Positions 37,801 through 48,354 of a stretch of DNA of 64,000 nt are shown here, one piece after another. The DNA lies in the NCBI GenBank assembly GCA_963773065.1, contig CAVYZN010000011.1:256001-320000 (forward strand), in the 5' to 3' direction. Below the pieces are notes generated by a model. That model was not told the DNA's origin, made no database searches, and was given only the letters and a program-made list of their open reading frames with translations. Position numbers and translations under genes: made by a program. Source of the stretch: an uncultured Gammaproteobacteria bacterium (GTDB lineage Bacteria > Pseudomonadota > Gammaproteobacteria > UBA9214). Each line of letters begins with the position of its first letter. The first letter of the stretch is position 1.

Positions 37801-40458
37801 GGTCTGACCCCTATTTTCGACGGGCGAACACCATCGAGATTCTGCACGCGCGCGAACATAACCTGAAAAACGTCACCGTCGACATCCCGCGCGGGCGGTT
37901 CACCGTCATCACCGGCGTGTCCGGCTCCGGCAAGAGCACGGTGGCGTTCGACATCCTGTTCAACGAAGGGCAGCGGCGCTACCTGGAGTCGCTCAACGCC
38001 TACGCGCGCCAGTTCGTGCAGCCGGCCGCGCGCGCCGACGTCGATGCCATCTACGGCATCCCTCCTACCGTGGCGATCGAGCAGCGCACCAGCCGCGGCG
38101 GGCGCAAGAGCACGGTCGCCACGCTCACCGAGGTGTATCACTTCCTGCGTCTGCTGTTCGTCAAGCTCGGCACCCAGTACTGCCCGGACTGCGACCTGCC
38201 GGTCGAGCCGCAGACCGCGGAGTCCCTGCTCGCGCAGCTCTGCAAGACACACCGCAACTGTGACATCACCCTGCTCGCGCCGCTGGTCGCGGCGCGCAAG
38301 GGCTATTACACCGACCTCGCCCGCTGGGCCGCGAGCAAGGGCTTTGACCGGCTGCGCGTCGACGGCGAGCTGCGACCGACCGAACCCTGGCCGCGGCTGG
38401 AGCGCTACCGGGAACACGACATCGAGCTGCCGGTCGGCTCCCTCCGGGTCAGCACCCGCAACGAAGCCGGACTGCGCGCGCTGCTGCTGCGTGCGCTGGA
38501 ATTCGGCAAGGGCGTGGTCATGGTGCAGGCGCCCGCGGGAGAGACCGTCTTTTCCACCCGCCGCGCCTGCCCGGGCTGCGGGCGCAGTTTCGAGGCGCTC
38601 GATCCGCGCCTGTTCTCCTACAACTCCCGGCACGGCTGGTGTGAAGACTGCTACGGCACCGGCCTCAGGCTGGAGGGTTTCGACGCGGAGCAGACCGGCG
38701 AGGAGATCTGGTGGACCGACTGGTGGGAGGGCGAGGCTCCTGCGTGCCCGGGCTGCGCGGGACGGCGACTAAACCCGGTGGCGCTGGCGGTGCGCTACCG
38801 GGACAGGTCCATTGCCGATTTCACCGGGCAGACGGTGGCCGCGGCCGGGGAGTTTTTCGAGAAACTGCGGCTCACCGGACGCGAGGCCGACATCGCGCGC
38901 GACATCCTGCCGGAATTGCGCTCACGCCTGCACTTTCTCGCCGACGTGGGCCTGTCTTACCTCACGCTGGACCGCGCCGCGCCCACGTTGAGCGGCGGCG
39001 AGGCGCAGCGCATCCGGCTGGCGGCGCAATTCGGTTCCAACCTGCGCGGCGTGTGTTACATCCTGGATGAGCCCACCATCGGCTTGCACCCGCGCGACAA
39101 CCGCCTGCTGCTCGACACGCTCGGCAGGCTGGAAGGCAAGGGCAACACCATCGTGGTGGTGGAACACGACGAGGACACCATCCGCCGAGCCGAACATATC
39201 ATCGACCTAGGACCGGGCGCGGGGGTGAACGGCGGCGAGGTGGTGGCGGCCGGATCGGTCGCGCGCCTGATGAAGGAGCCGCGGTCACTGACCGGCCGCT
39301 TCCTGGCGCGGCCGCTGCGCCACCCCCTGTTCGCCCGGCGGGCGGTGAAGCTCAGGGGCCGCGGCGCGGACCCCTCTATCGAAGTGCAGGGCGCACGCCT
39401 GCACAACCTGAAGAAACCTGTCGGTGCGCTTCCCACTCGGGCGACTGGTGTGCGTCACCGGCGTCTCCGGCTCCGGCAAGAGCACCCTGGTGCGCGAGGT
39501 TCTGCACGAGAATCTGCGGCGCAGTCTGCAAGCTACGGGCAAACGCGGCAAACCAGCGCCCGCGGCGCTCGGCTGCCGCGCGCTCACCGGACAGGAATAC
39601 CTGCAGCGCGTGCTGGAAGTGGACCAGGCGCCGATCGGCAAGACGCCGCGTTCCTGCCCGGCCACTTACGTCGGCATCTGGGACGCCATCCGCCGGCTGT
39701 TCGCCGGCGTCACCGAATCCCGCATCCGCAGCTACGGGCCCGGGCGCTTTTCCTTTAACGTCAGGGGCGGACGCTGCGAGGTCTGCGAAGGGCAGGGCAT
39801 CCGCAAGATCGAGATGAGCTTCCTGCCCGATGTCAGAATAACCTGCGAGGCCTGCAACGGGGCGCGTTTCAATGCCGAGACCCTGACGGTGTTGTACAAG
39901 GAGCGCAGTGTTGGCGAGGTTCTGGCGATGAACGTGCGCGAGGCGGCGGGATTTTTCCGCGCGCATTCCACGATCCACCGCACCCTGCAACTGCTGGACG
40001 ATGTCGGTCTCGGCTACCTCACCCTCGGGCAACCGAGTCCGACGCTGAGCGGCGGCGAGGCGCAACGCATCAAGCTGGTCACCGAACTGTCCAAGGCCAG
40101 AACCGCTGGCCGAGGGACAGTAAAGCCACCGGGGACAGATATAGCGCAAGCGAGCCCTGTCCCCGTTTACCGCGGCACTCTGTACGTGCTCGACGAGCCG
40201 ACGGTCGGATTGCACATGGCGGATGTGGAGAAACTCATCCGCGTGCTGCACCGCCTGGTCGAGGCCGGCAATACCGTGGTGGTCATCGAACACAACCTGG
40301 ATGTCATCGCCGAAGCCGACTGGCTCATCGACCTTGGCCCCGAGGGTGGCGAAGGCGGCGGGCGCATCGTGGCGCAGGGCACGCCGGAGAGATGCGCTGT
40401 GGAACCAGGCTCGCACACCGCGCGCTTCCTGCGCGAATTCCTGCGCGAACGATGCTGA
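34875..40458 (+). CDS. uvrA: Double-length UvrA (two tandem UvrA units; frameshift near 39420)
   Basis: Four GVSGSGKS Walker A motifs, four LSGGE signatures, CxxC zinc fingers. Confidence 0.92.
36707..36743. repeat. REP-like palindrome inserted in frame in uvrA
   Basis: GACGGTCCCCTTT...AAAGGGGACCGTC, read as [14 protein letters not shown]. Confidence 0.75.
37730..37818. repeat. AT-rich hairpin element with 19-bp perfect IR at the junction of the two UvrA units
   Basis: GAAAATAGGGGTCAGACCC ... GGGTCTGACCCCTATTTTC. Confidence 0.85.
40130..40165. repeat. REP-like palindrome in frame in uvrA 3' region
   Basis: CGGGGACAG...CTGTCCCCG, between LSGGE and LYVLDEPT. Confidence 0.6.
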
Positions 40459-40651
40459 GGGCGATTCGCTGAACTACAGCGCCGGCGGCCTGCCGCCGGG
40501 GCTCAACATCGACGTGGGCACCGGGGTGATCGGCGGCACCGTGGCGGATGTGGCGCCGCTGCAGAACGGCATACCGGCTCCCGACGGGCAGTTCAACCTG
40601 GGGGATGTGCTGGTGATCGAACGCAAGCTTCTTGGTCTGATCACTTTCTAG
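40448..40651 (+). pseudogene. Remnant of a surface protein C-terminus (putative Ig/He_PIG piece plus dockerin-like repeat)
   Basis: [31 protein letters not shown] followed by ADVAP..DGQFNLGDVLVIERKLLG; no own start codon. Confidence 0.55.
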
Positions 40652-40878
40652 CAAGGGATCCAGCTCGAATGGCGCTGATTCACGGAGCCGCAGATTGATT
40701 GTCCCCGCTCATCTCGACATTTTCATACCATAACAGAATTTTCCGCAAAGCATAAGCTAGTCATTTTTGATGCGTTGCCTATACTGGGTTGAACTATGTG
40801 TTGACTTGCTGTATCCGGATTACACAGTTGGTACGTGAATCGCGGAATTTCTGAAGGGTAAACGGCAAAGGTGGTGGC

Positions 40879-41514
40879 GTGATGATTGCACAGCGCACTG
40901 GCGGTTCCCTGATTACCCAGGCTTCACTGCGGGAATATTTTCACAACGAACTCAATGAGGCATTGAATCATCAGAAAATCCGCGCGGAAAGCGAAACGGT
41001 TTTCTATCTCACCAACCTGCTGACGATGTACGCGCGCAGCGATGAACTGTTCGAGCAGACCGACTACGGGGTGGATATCAAACCCCTGGCCGTGACCTAT
41101 TCCGAGGCGCTGAGCGAGACCAGCGTCACGGTGCGCACCCGGTTGTTGCAGCGGCTGGGCGATACGGCGCTGTTCATCGCGGGTGTCTTCACCGACAGCC
41201 TGAATCGCAAACTCGTCGATGTCGATTATTACGTCGCCATGGGAGGCACCGCCTATGCCCAGGTTTCCGATTCCATGCGCGGCCACCGGGCGGTGAAAAC
41301 CATAGCGGCCCTGTTCAATGAGCTGCGCGAAAAATTCATCGATTTTGTCGACGTGTTGAATGAGGTCAGCGAGCGTTCCAACCTCTCCAGCGACAAGGAT
41401 GTCCTGCGCCTCTACGAAATCTGGATACGTACCGGCAGCAAACGCAGCGAGGCCCAACTGCGCAAGCTCGGCATCGAGCCGGTGCATTCGGGCAAGGCCG
41501 AATTCCGCCACTAG
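40879..41514 (+). CDS. Conserved hypothetical protein
   Basis: Clean ORF; LQRLGDTALFIAGVF.DSL.RKLVDVDYY..MG..AY, LYEIW..TGS. Confidence 0.75.
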   Translation: MMIAQRTGGSLITQASLREYFHNELNEALNHQKIRAESETVFYLTNLLTMYARSDELFEQTDYGVDIKPLAVTYSEALSETSVTVRTRLLQRLGDTALFIAGVFTDSLNRKLVDVDYYVAMGGTAYAQVSDSMRGHRAVKTIAALFNELREKFIDFVDVLNEVSERSNLSSDKDVLRLYEIWIRTGSKRSEAQLRKLGIEPVHSGKAEFRH

Positions 41515-41694
41515 CAGCCTGTCGGACATAGGTGATCGTCACGAGCATGATGGGAGAGCGAGAACAGAGATCCACGATTTCGAGGCGCATAGTGGTTCTA
41601 TGCAACGAGAAATCGGGGAACTATGGGCCGCGCTCCCATCAGCGCAGTAGATCAATCCTAAGTCCGACAGGCTGCTAGACGGGATGGGGCGCGC

Positions 41695-42354
41695 ATGCTT
41701 CTGAACAAGCTGCAGCGGCATCTGGAAAGCATCTACGAGGTCCGCAGCGGCTACCAGGTTACCGATTTCGTGATCAATGATCCCCGGGTCGCCCATGACC
41801 TTGATGTCTCGGCAAGCGCCCGTGAGCTGCCGGAAAAACTGCTGATACAACAACAGGACGACGCAGCCGTCAGCCTTGCCCTCTACCTCGATCCCTGCCT
41901 TATGCAGCGTCTGGAAGCAAGCGACCCCACCGAATCGCTGCACGACGACAACCTGCATGACTTCTGGCTGGTGCTGGAAGGCATCAGTCACTTTCTGTAT
42001 TTCACCTGGAATGCCGGTCACGAACGCCGCGTATCCTTGCTGGAGATGGAACTGCAGGCGGAAGTCGACAAGTACATCCTGGCCGCGTTTCTATTCGGCA
42101 GGCAGTTGCAGGGCGCGGTTCCTGCCAGGCTCCATCGTCACCTGTTCCACAACGTGGAATTCGACACGCGGCTGAATGCGGCGGAACTTCACCGCTACCG
42201 CAACGCCAACCATTTTGCCGCCAGGTTTTGTCTCTACATCGAGCAGGTGTTCCTGCGGCATCGTTCGCACGACGGCCTGATCAATACCCTGCGGCGTTTC
42301 TATCGCTTGACGCAACACCACAAGATAAGCACCATCAATCACCTTGGGAAATAA
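41695..42354 (+). CDS. Conserved hypothetical protein
   Basis: Clean ORF; LEGISHFLY...SLLEMELQAEVDKY. Confidence 0.75.
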   Translation: MLLNKLQRHLESIYEVRSGYQVTDFVINDPRVAHDLDVSASARELPEKLLIQQQDDAAVSLALYLDPCLMQRLEASDPTESLHDDNLHDFWLVLEGISHFLYFTWNAGHERRVSLLEMELQAEVDKYILAAFLFGRQLQGAVPARLHRHLFHNVEFDTRLNAAELHRYRNANHFAARFCLYIEQVFLRHRSHDGLINTLRRFYRLTQHHKISTINHLGK

Positions 42355-42587
42355 CGAGGTGGTCAATTCCCTTTTTGTGCACTGCGTCACGCATGGCCTG
42401 GCCTATCCTTGCCCTCGGTTGCCAGTCATGCGTGATAGACGGTTCCGAAGTCACCCACACTCCGGGAAAGGATTGAAGTCGCTTATAAAGCCAATAGAAG
42501 CAACGCCGATATCTTGCTGGCGTCTTGTCACCCTTTCTCGGGCCGGAGCGTTAGCTATATTCGTAACCCATCAACCAGGAGGCAGTT

Positions 42588-43166
42588 ATGAACACGCATA
42601 GTAAAACCTCATCCATCTTGGCGTCGGTCATTGCCATGATCCTCGCGGTGCCGGGCGGCGCTTGGGCCGATGAGGGACGCTATGACAATGGCGGGCAGGG
42701 CAACGGCTACCAAAAGAAGGGGCATTACAACACACCCATTACAACAGCCATTACAATAATTATTACAATGGTTATTACAAGGGTGGCCGGTACAATTATC
42801 CACACTATTATCCCCATTATTATCCGTGCAACACGTGCGGCGGGAATAATAACCATCACAACAACAATAATAACGACAACGACAAACTGTGGATCGGCCT
42901 GCTGGGCGGTGGCATCGTCGGTTATGCCCTCGGCAATTACCAGCAGGGCAACGCCAATGAGCAGGGTTACTACCCGCAAGCCCGCTCCACCGCCGCCCCA
43001 GACCGTGACCCAGTATGAGACGGTATACCCGGGCAACACCTGCCTGCAGCAACGGGAATACCGGTCAAAGATCATGGTTGGCGGCAGACAGGTGGATGGC
43101 TATGGCACGGCCTGCCTGCAGCCGGATGGTTCGTGGCGTTACGGTCCGGCTCAGGCGGCCTACTGA
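42588..43166 (+). CDS. Secreted Gly/Tyr/Asn-rich protein with 17-kDa-antigen-like C-terminus (two compensating frameshifts)
   Basis: RBS AGGAGG, signal peptide; alternative frame gives LWIGLLGGGIVGYALG; ends CLQQREY...YGTACLQPDGSWR. Confidence 0.7.
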   Translation: MNTHSKTSSILASVIAMILAVPGGAWADEGRYDNGGQGNGYQKKGHYNTPITTAITIIITMVITRVAGTIIHTIIPIIIRATRAAGIITITTTIITTTTNCGSACWAVASSVMPSAITSRATPMSRVTTRKPAPPPPQTVTQYETVYPGNTCLQQREYRSKIMVGGRQVDGYGTACLQPDGSWRYGPAQAAY

Positions 43167-43219
43167 TGCTGCTGGTAACAGAGTCAGGGATGGCGTCTCC
43201 TCTGCCCCTGCTCTCGTAT

Positions 43220-43285
43220 GCCGCGCTGAGCCCCGACCTACGACGAGCCCCTGTTCTTCGGGCTGAGTTCGCAGGTCGGGCAGGG
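43220..43285. repeat. Intergenic REP-like pair (CCCGACCTAC / GCAGGTCGGG)
   Basis: Inverted pair between convergent genes; same GTAGGTCGGG family as the insert in hsdR. Confidence 0.55.
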
Positions 43286-43299
43286 AAGCGCCGGCGGGG

Positions 43300-43671
43300 T
43301 TAGCGATTCGCCCTGCCGTCAAGCCAGCGCCCGGCGGCAATGCCGGCCGGGAGTGCGGCCAGCGCCAGCAGAGCGGGCACGTAGTAAATCATGCCACTGG
43401 CATAACCATCATACTCGAGGAAGCGCTGCGTCACCGTCAGCCAGACATGGACGGCAAGCACAATGAGTCCGGGGATCAGCAATGCCCAGCCACGCAGCAG
43501 CTCGGTCAGGCAGCCATAGACGTAATAGGGTACGATCCCTGCCAGAAACACGCTGAACATCAGTTTGTGCCCGGCGCCGTAATTGGGGATGACCGCGGAA
43601 ATGGATGCCAGTACGCAGCCGATGGTAATCAGAGCGTAGGCGTAAGGGCGAAAGTCGTAATCCGGTTTCAT
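43300..43671 (-). CDS. Hypothetical 4-TM membrane protein
   Basis: RBS GGGAGG; four hydrophobic segments. Confidence 0.7.
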   Translation of the reverse strand: MKPDYDFRPYAYALITIGCVLASISAVIPNYGAGHKLMFSVFLAGIVPYYVYGCLTELLRGWALLIPGLIVLAVHVWLTVTQRFLEYDGYASGMIYYVPALLALAALPAGIAAGRWLDGRANR

Positions 43672-43737
43672 GATCCTCCCTCATGGGCTTCAGTTGTTAC
43701 CCGATGCTGTTTACTTCATGAGACTGCACCGCCCGCA

Positions 43738-46011
43738 TCAGGTTTCAAGTCCGCAGTCCGCGGTGTGGTTCAAGGGGCCGGTTCCGGGTTCGCGGCGCCG
43801 CTCGTTGCAGGTTCCGCCTGCTGTTCGGCCACCGGCCATTGTGCCCTGATCTTTTCCCACCACTGGGTGATATAGCCCCGCTGCCAGAGCACACCCAGCA
43901 CGATGAGCAACACCACCAGGAACAGGTAGAGGCGCCAGGGTCGCTTGCTTCTCCGCGAACGGATCGCGCAGCGATCGCTCCGCCCCAGGGGGTAGCGTGG
44001 CGGTGCCGGTCAGCGTGGCGCCGAAGGGGATGTTGATCCGGGCGAGCGTGTTTACCGCCCAACCGTTGGCGTCGAGGATGGGGCCGAGGTTGCGCTGGCG
44101 CAGTTTGAGATAGGCCATCAGCATCGACGGGCCGGAGATGACGAGCATCAGCCCGACGAACGCAAGAGGCATCTGCCACCAGCTCAGTCCCAGGAATCCG
44201 GTGACCACGGAGGCGAGCGCCGTGCCGATGGCGCCGAGCGCGAGGCCGATGGCGGCGAAGATACCGGCGAACTTGGCGATATCGAACGGCGTGGCGGGCG
44301 TCGCCTTGCCGGCCTCCGTCTTGGCCGACACATCGGCGATGCCCTTGGCCGCGCCCGCATCGACCGCTTTCTCGCGTGCCCCGGCGAATTTTTCGATCTG
44401 CTCCGTTAGCAGGCGCGCCACGCGCTTGTACGGCGCCCAGAAGGCCTGCGAGACGCTGATCGGATGCTCGATGATCTTGACGATGGTGGCGTCCCAGTCA
44501 CGGCCCTTGCGGTCGTAGAACACGCCGTTGCGACCCGTCATGAGGTTGTCGGAATCTCCGCCCGTGAACGCCGCGACAATGGTCATTCGGTCATCACCGC
44601 CGCGGCGGCGGCACTCGCAATAGGCAAGATAGGTGCGACTGAGGCCAGAGAGCGCGCTGTGGGCCGCGACGTCGGCAACGCGCACGCAGAGCTCGCAACT
44701 GCGTCCGTCGAGGTAGAGGGTTCCCGCCTGGAATATCGCCTTCTTTCCGGGCGTATAGAAGTCGCGCAGCGAGACGAAATTGCAGAGCAGGCAATGCAGG
44801 TTGCCGGTAGTAGTGCACCAGACGGTCAACCGACTCGATTGCGTCCGCCTCGCCTTCGAGCGCCGTGTCCTGTGCAATGAGCGCGGCCAGACGGGCTTCG
44901 GTTCCGTCACCGAGAAGTTCCTTCGACCCGTTCGATGCCGAGCGATTCCACGGCCGCCCCCCGCTTGCGTTTGAGCCAGGCCGCGTGGGCCGCGAACCGC
45001 CCGCGGATGTCCTGCCACCGGGCCTCGTCGAGTTCGTCGAGATTCCCGAGAAGCGGCACGACCACCGCGGCGCGAAAGTGCGCGAGCGCCGCGGACCAGG
45101 CCGGATTAACCGTATCGCCCAAGGGCAAGGGCCGTTCGGCCTCGATGCGCGCCAGGGGAAATGCCGCCACCTCCGCGGTCGCGGCCGACAATTCCTTCAG
45201 CGCGATCGCCGTGTAGTCGGCCTCCGCCGGGTTGAGCGGATTGGCGGCGCGCGCGTCATAGCCGGCGAGCCGCGTACGGGTGAAGTAGTCGTCTATCTTT
45301 GCCCTTACGGCCTCGAAGGCCTGCACCGTCGCGGCGGTTTCATCCCCGAGAGGCAGCACATTCGGGGCATCCGCCTCGGCCTCGGCCCACCAGTCCGCGT
45401 AGGCGCGCGCCGCCTCGAAGAAGCGCTCGGCTAAGCGCCTGGGAGATGCCTTCGGCGCCGCTGCGATCCGGGGTCGAGCCGACGCAGGCCATGATGTCCT
45501 CGATGACCCGGGCGAGCAGGGGATCATCCGCGGATGCAGGCGGTACCACGCCGTCGCCGTTGAAACGGGTGCTGGCGAATATCCTGCTGGTATCGGCGGT
45601 GTCCTCGGCGGTGATGATCCCGGCGTCGGTCTTGCCCAGATTTTCGAGGATGCGCCGCGCCGACCTGAGGACCCGCCGGCCCTCCTCGGTCTCGGGGTTG
45701 ATCGCGGCGAGCGGCAGGCTCGCCTCGCCCTTGAGCAGGTCGCCCGGATCCTGCAATACGCGGCAGGTCCAGTTGACCGCGGCAAGCACCTCGGGCACGC
45801 GTATGCGCCCGTCGCCGTCGGTGTCTAGCAGCGCCAGCGTGTGCTCGTCGAACTCTACGCCTCTGGCCGGGCAACTCAAGGCCGCCCATAGCTTCTGGTC
45901 GAGTTCGGGAAGATGACGGATGTCCTCGCCCGACTCGATACGCACCTGGTCGAAACCGCCCAGCCGGTGAAAACGCCAGTGGTGACCATTACCACGGGTC
46001 AGCAATGTCAT
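43738..46011 (-). CDS. Large conserved hypothetical protein with EF-hand-like motif and C-terminal TM hairpin (several frameshifts)
   Basis: WRFHRLGGFDQV, DTDGDGRIRVPE, FQAGTLYLDGRSC, GRNGVFYDRKG, LDANGWAVN. Confidence 0.72.
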
Positions 46012-46154
46012 ATGCCATTCTCCTCGATGTTATTGCTTATTGTGACTGCGTTCGCCAAAGGCTGGCGATAGGATACGCGAGCGCAATACCAGCGCAGAAA
46101 ACGCGCGCCGAAAAAATTTTCGGGATCAACGCAGCCATCGCGCCTTCGTTACAT

Positions 46155-46420
46155 TACGTCAGCTTTTCCTCGATGGTGGCGATGCCGGCCTTCGCGCAGG
46201 CGTCGTCCTGTTCGCCGCTGGGGCCCCGGATACCCCAACGGCGCCGACCGCGACCTGGTAACCCTTCTCGCGGCACGCCTTGAGGGTGGCCTGGGCCAGT
46301 TCCAGCGCGGCCTCGGGGGTAAGCATCTTGAAACTGACCAGCGCCTCCTCTGCAGCGGCAGGCGGCAGGCTGCACAGCATGCCCAGGATGAACGTAGCCT
46401 TCAGTGTGTTTCTTTTCATT
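46155..46420 (-). pseudogene. GlcG/HbpS heme-binding protein with internal deletion
   Basis: Signal peptide and LTPEAALELAQATLKACREKGYQVAV join directly to GAVGVSGAP.GEQDDACAKAGI; central part missing. Confidence 0.72.
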
Positions 46421-46480
46421 GCAGTCTCCTCCTGCGTCACCGTGCGGTGATGAGGCAATTGTAGTTTAAAAGCAACGACG

Positions 46481-47224
46481 GTGGTCCTCCTGTTTCTTTC
46501 AATTTTCACCCGATCCGCCGAAAACAAACCAGGGGGCGCGGTCAGCGCCGGGATCGGGGAGCATGACAGGGTGCAAAACAGCGGTGTGATCCATCGGGCA
46601 GTCCTGCTTTACAGCGACAGATCGCTGGCGTTCCTGCTGCTCACTAACCTGGTGACCGTCGTATGGGCCGTGCTGCAGCAATGGAATGTCACCGACCTGC
46701 TATGGATCTACTGGGGTCAGAGCGTGATCATCGGCTACTACAACGTGCACCGCATCGTCGATCTCGACCAGTTCTCTACCGACAGCTTTCTGATCAATAA
46801 CTGGACGATGGAGCCTACGCGCGAAACGCAGCGCTGCACCGCCGTGTGCTTCGCCCTGCACTACGGGTTGTCCCACCTGGGCTATGGCGTTTTTCTTTTG
46901 ACCACTTTCCGCATCCATGCCGGCTTCCCGTTGGCCGGCGTCTTACTCTGCCTACTCGCTTTCTATTTAAATCACCGCTTTTCCTACCGCTACAACCGGG
47001 AGCGCGACCGCGTTCCGAACATCGAGACCCTCATGTTCTTTCCCTACGTGCGCATCATACCCATGCAGCTCATAATCCTGCTGGGCGCCCACTACGCCGG
47101 CGATAACACTGCAGCGCTGGTCATGTTCCTGCTGCTCAAGACCGCGGCGGATGTCGCCCTGCACGTCATCGAACATGCCACGGCGAGTGCCGGCGCCGGG
47201 CATGTGTCTCGCCGCCTGCCCTGA
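46481..47224 (+). CDS. DUF6498-like membrane protein
   Basis: LLWIYWGQSVIIG, FALHYG, PYVRIIPMQ, LKTAADV. Confidence 0.65.
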   Translation: MVLLFLSIFTRSAENKPGGAVSAGIGEHDRVQNSGVIHRAVLLYSDRSLAFLLLTNLVTVVWAVLQQWNVTDLLWIYWGQSVIIGYYNVHRIVDLDQFSTDSFLINNWTMEPTRETQRCTAVCFALHYGLSHLGYGVFLLTTFRIHAGFPLAGVLLCLLAFYLNHRFSYRYNRERDRVPNIETLMFFPYVRIIPMQLIILLGAHYAGDNTAALVMFLLLKTAADVALHVIEHATASAGAGHVSRRLP

Positions 47225-47496
47225 ACCGATGCGCCGTTCATAAACCCGCAACCCTTCTGTTTACCCCACGGTCTTTTCAAGTTGGTTAGAGGATCACCGG
47301 CAATGTACTCAACTTGCCCCTATTGGGTTCGCGCTGGACAAAATCGCGCAACGTTGCATGCAGCGCACCTGACTCCGTTGATCCATAAGGAATACCGATT
47401 GTTGCCGTTAATCCTGTGAGCCGCGACAGCGAAGCAGGCCGCGCGGCGGGAATACTACGACGGGTTTAGTTTCATGCAAGCAGTGTGGAGAGCATT

Positions 47497-48154
47497 ATGG
47501 TGAGCACAATCCAGCGGGTTGCGACATTGGCACGGCGGGCGACGGGGCCATGGGCGATGATCCTGATCATCCTGTCGATCGTAGGCTGCGCGACCATGGA
47601 CAAGGACGAATGCCTGGTCGCGGACTGGCGGCTGGTCGGCTTCCAGGACGGGGCGCAAGGAAAATCGGCCGCCGCCATCGGCACCTATCGCGAGGACTGC
47701 GCCAGCTATCGCGTGGTGCCGGACTTGGACGCCTACCAGGCCGGCCGCAGGGAAGGTCTGCTGCAGTACTGCGTGCCGGTCGAATGGCTATCGCCTGGGT
47801 GATTCGGGCCACGCCTATGCCGCGGTGTGCCCCGCGGAGACGGAACGGGCATTCCGCGCCGCCTATAACACCGGCCGCGACATTTACCTGGCGCGCTCCC
47901 AGGTGAACAGCACCCATTCGCTGATCCAGAGCAAACAGCAGGCGATCCAGTCCCTGGAAGAAGACAGGCAGAACAAGCTCACGGAAATGGTCCGGCAGGG
48001 ACTGAGCAGCGATCAGCGCGTGCTGCTGCTCTACGATGTCACCAATATCGAAAGGGATATCCATGCCGCGAACCACGACATCAACGCCCTGGAACGCGAT
48101 CTCGAGCAGCAGCAGGCGAAGCTGGATTATCTGCTGAATAACAGCCCCTACTGA
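47497..48154 (+). CDS. DUF2799-like lipoprotein (frameshift near 47780)
   Basis: Lipobox IVGC, MDKDECLVADW..GFQDG, GLLQYC, coiled-coil tail. Confidence 0.78.
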
Positions 48155-48354
48155 CGGGACCACGGGGGCTTCCCCTCGCCGGGCGTGTAAAATACCCCCA
48201 TCAGGATCGATGGGGTTTCACCCCTGCCACCATCGGCCTGACGGCGATCGGCGGGAAGAAAAGTGGGGCATTCTGACTATCGGTTTACGCTTCGTTGCCG
48301 CAGGCACCGCGCATGAATTCAGAATGCCCCCGTTTATGCCATGATCAAGGTGTG

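Noticed and set aside
34734-38633. 1299-aa antisense ORF and other long reverse-frame ORFs
   Set aside because: Shadow ORFs opposite recognisable high-GC genes; no independent motifs.
42720-42890. AAC/AAT-rich tract resembling a DGR template repeat or tandem array
   Set aside because: Explained as an Asn/Tyr/His low-complexity coding region of a secreted protein; no matching VR seen and no similarity to the 61779-61836 fragment.
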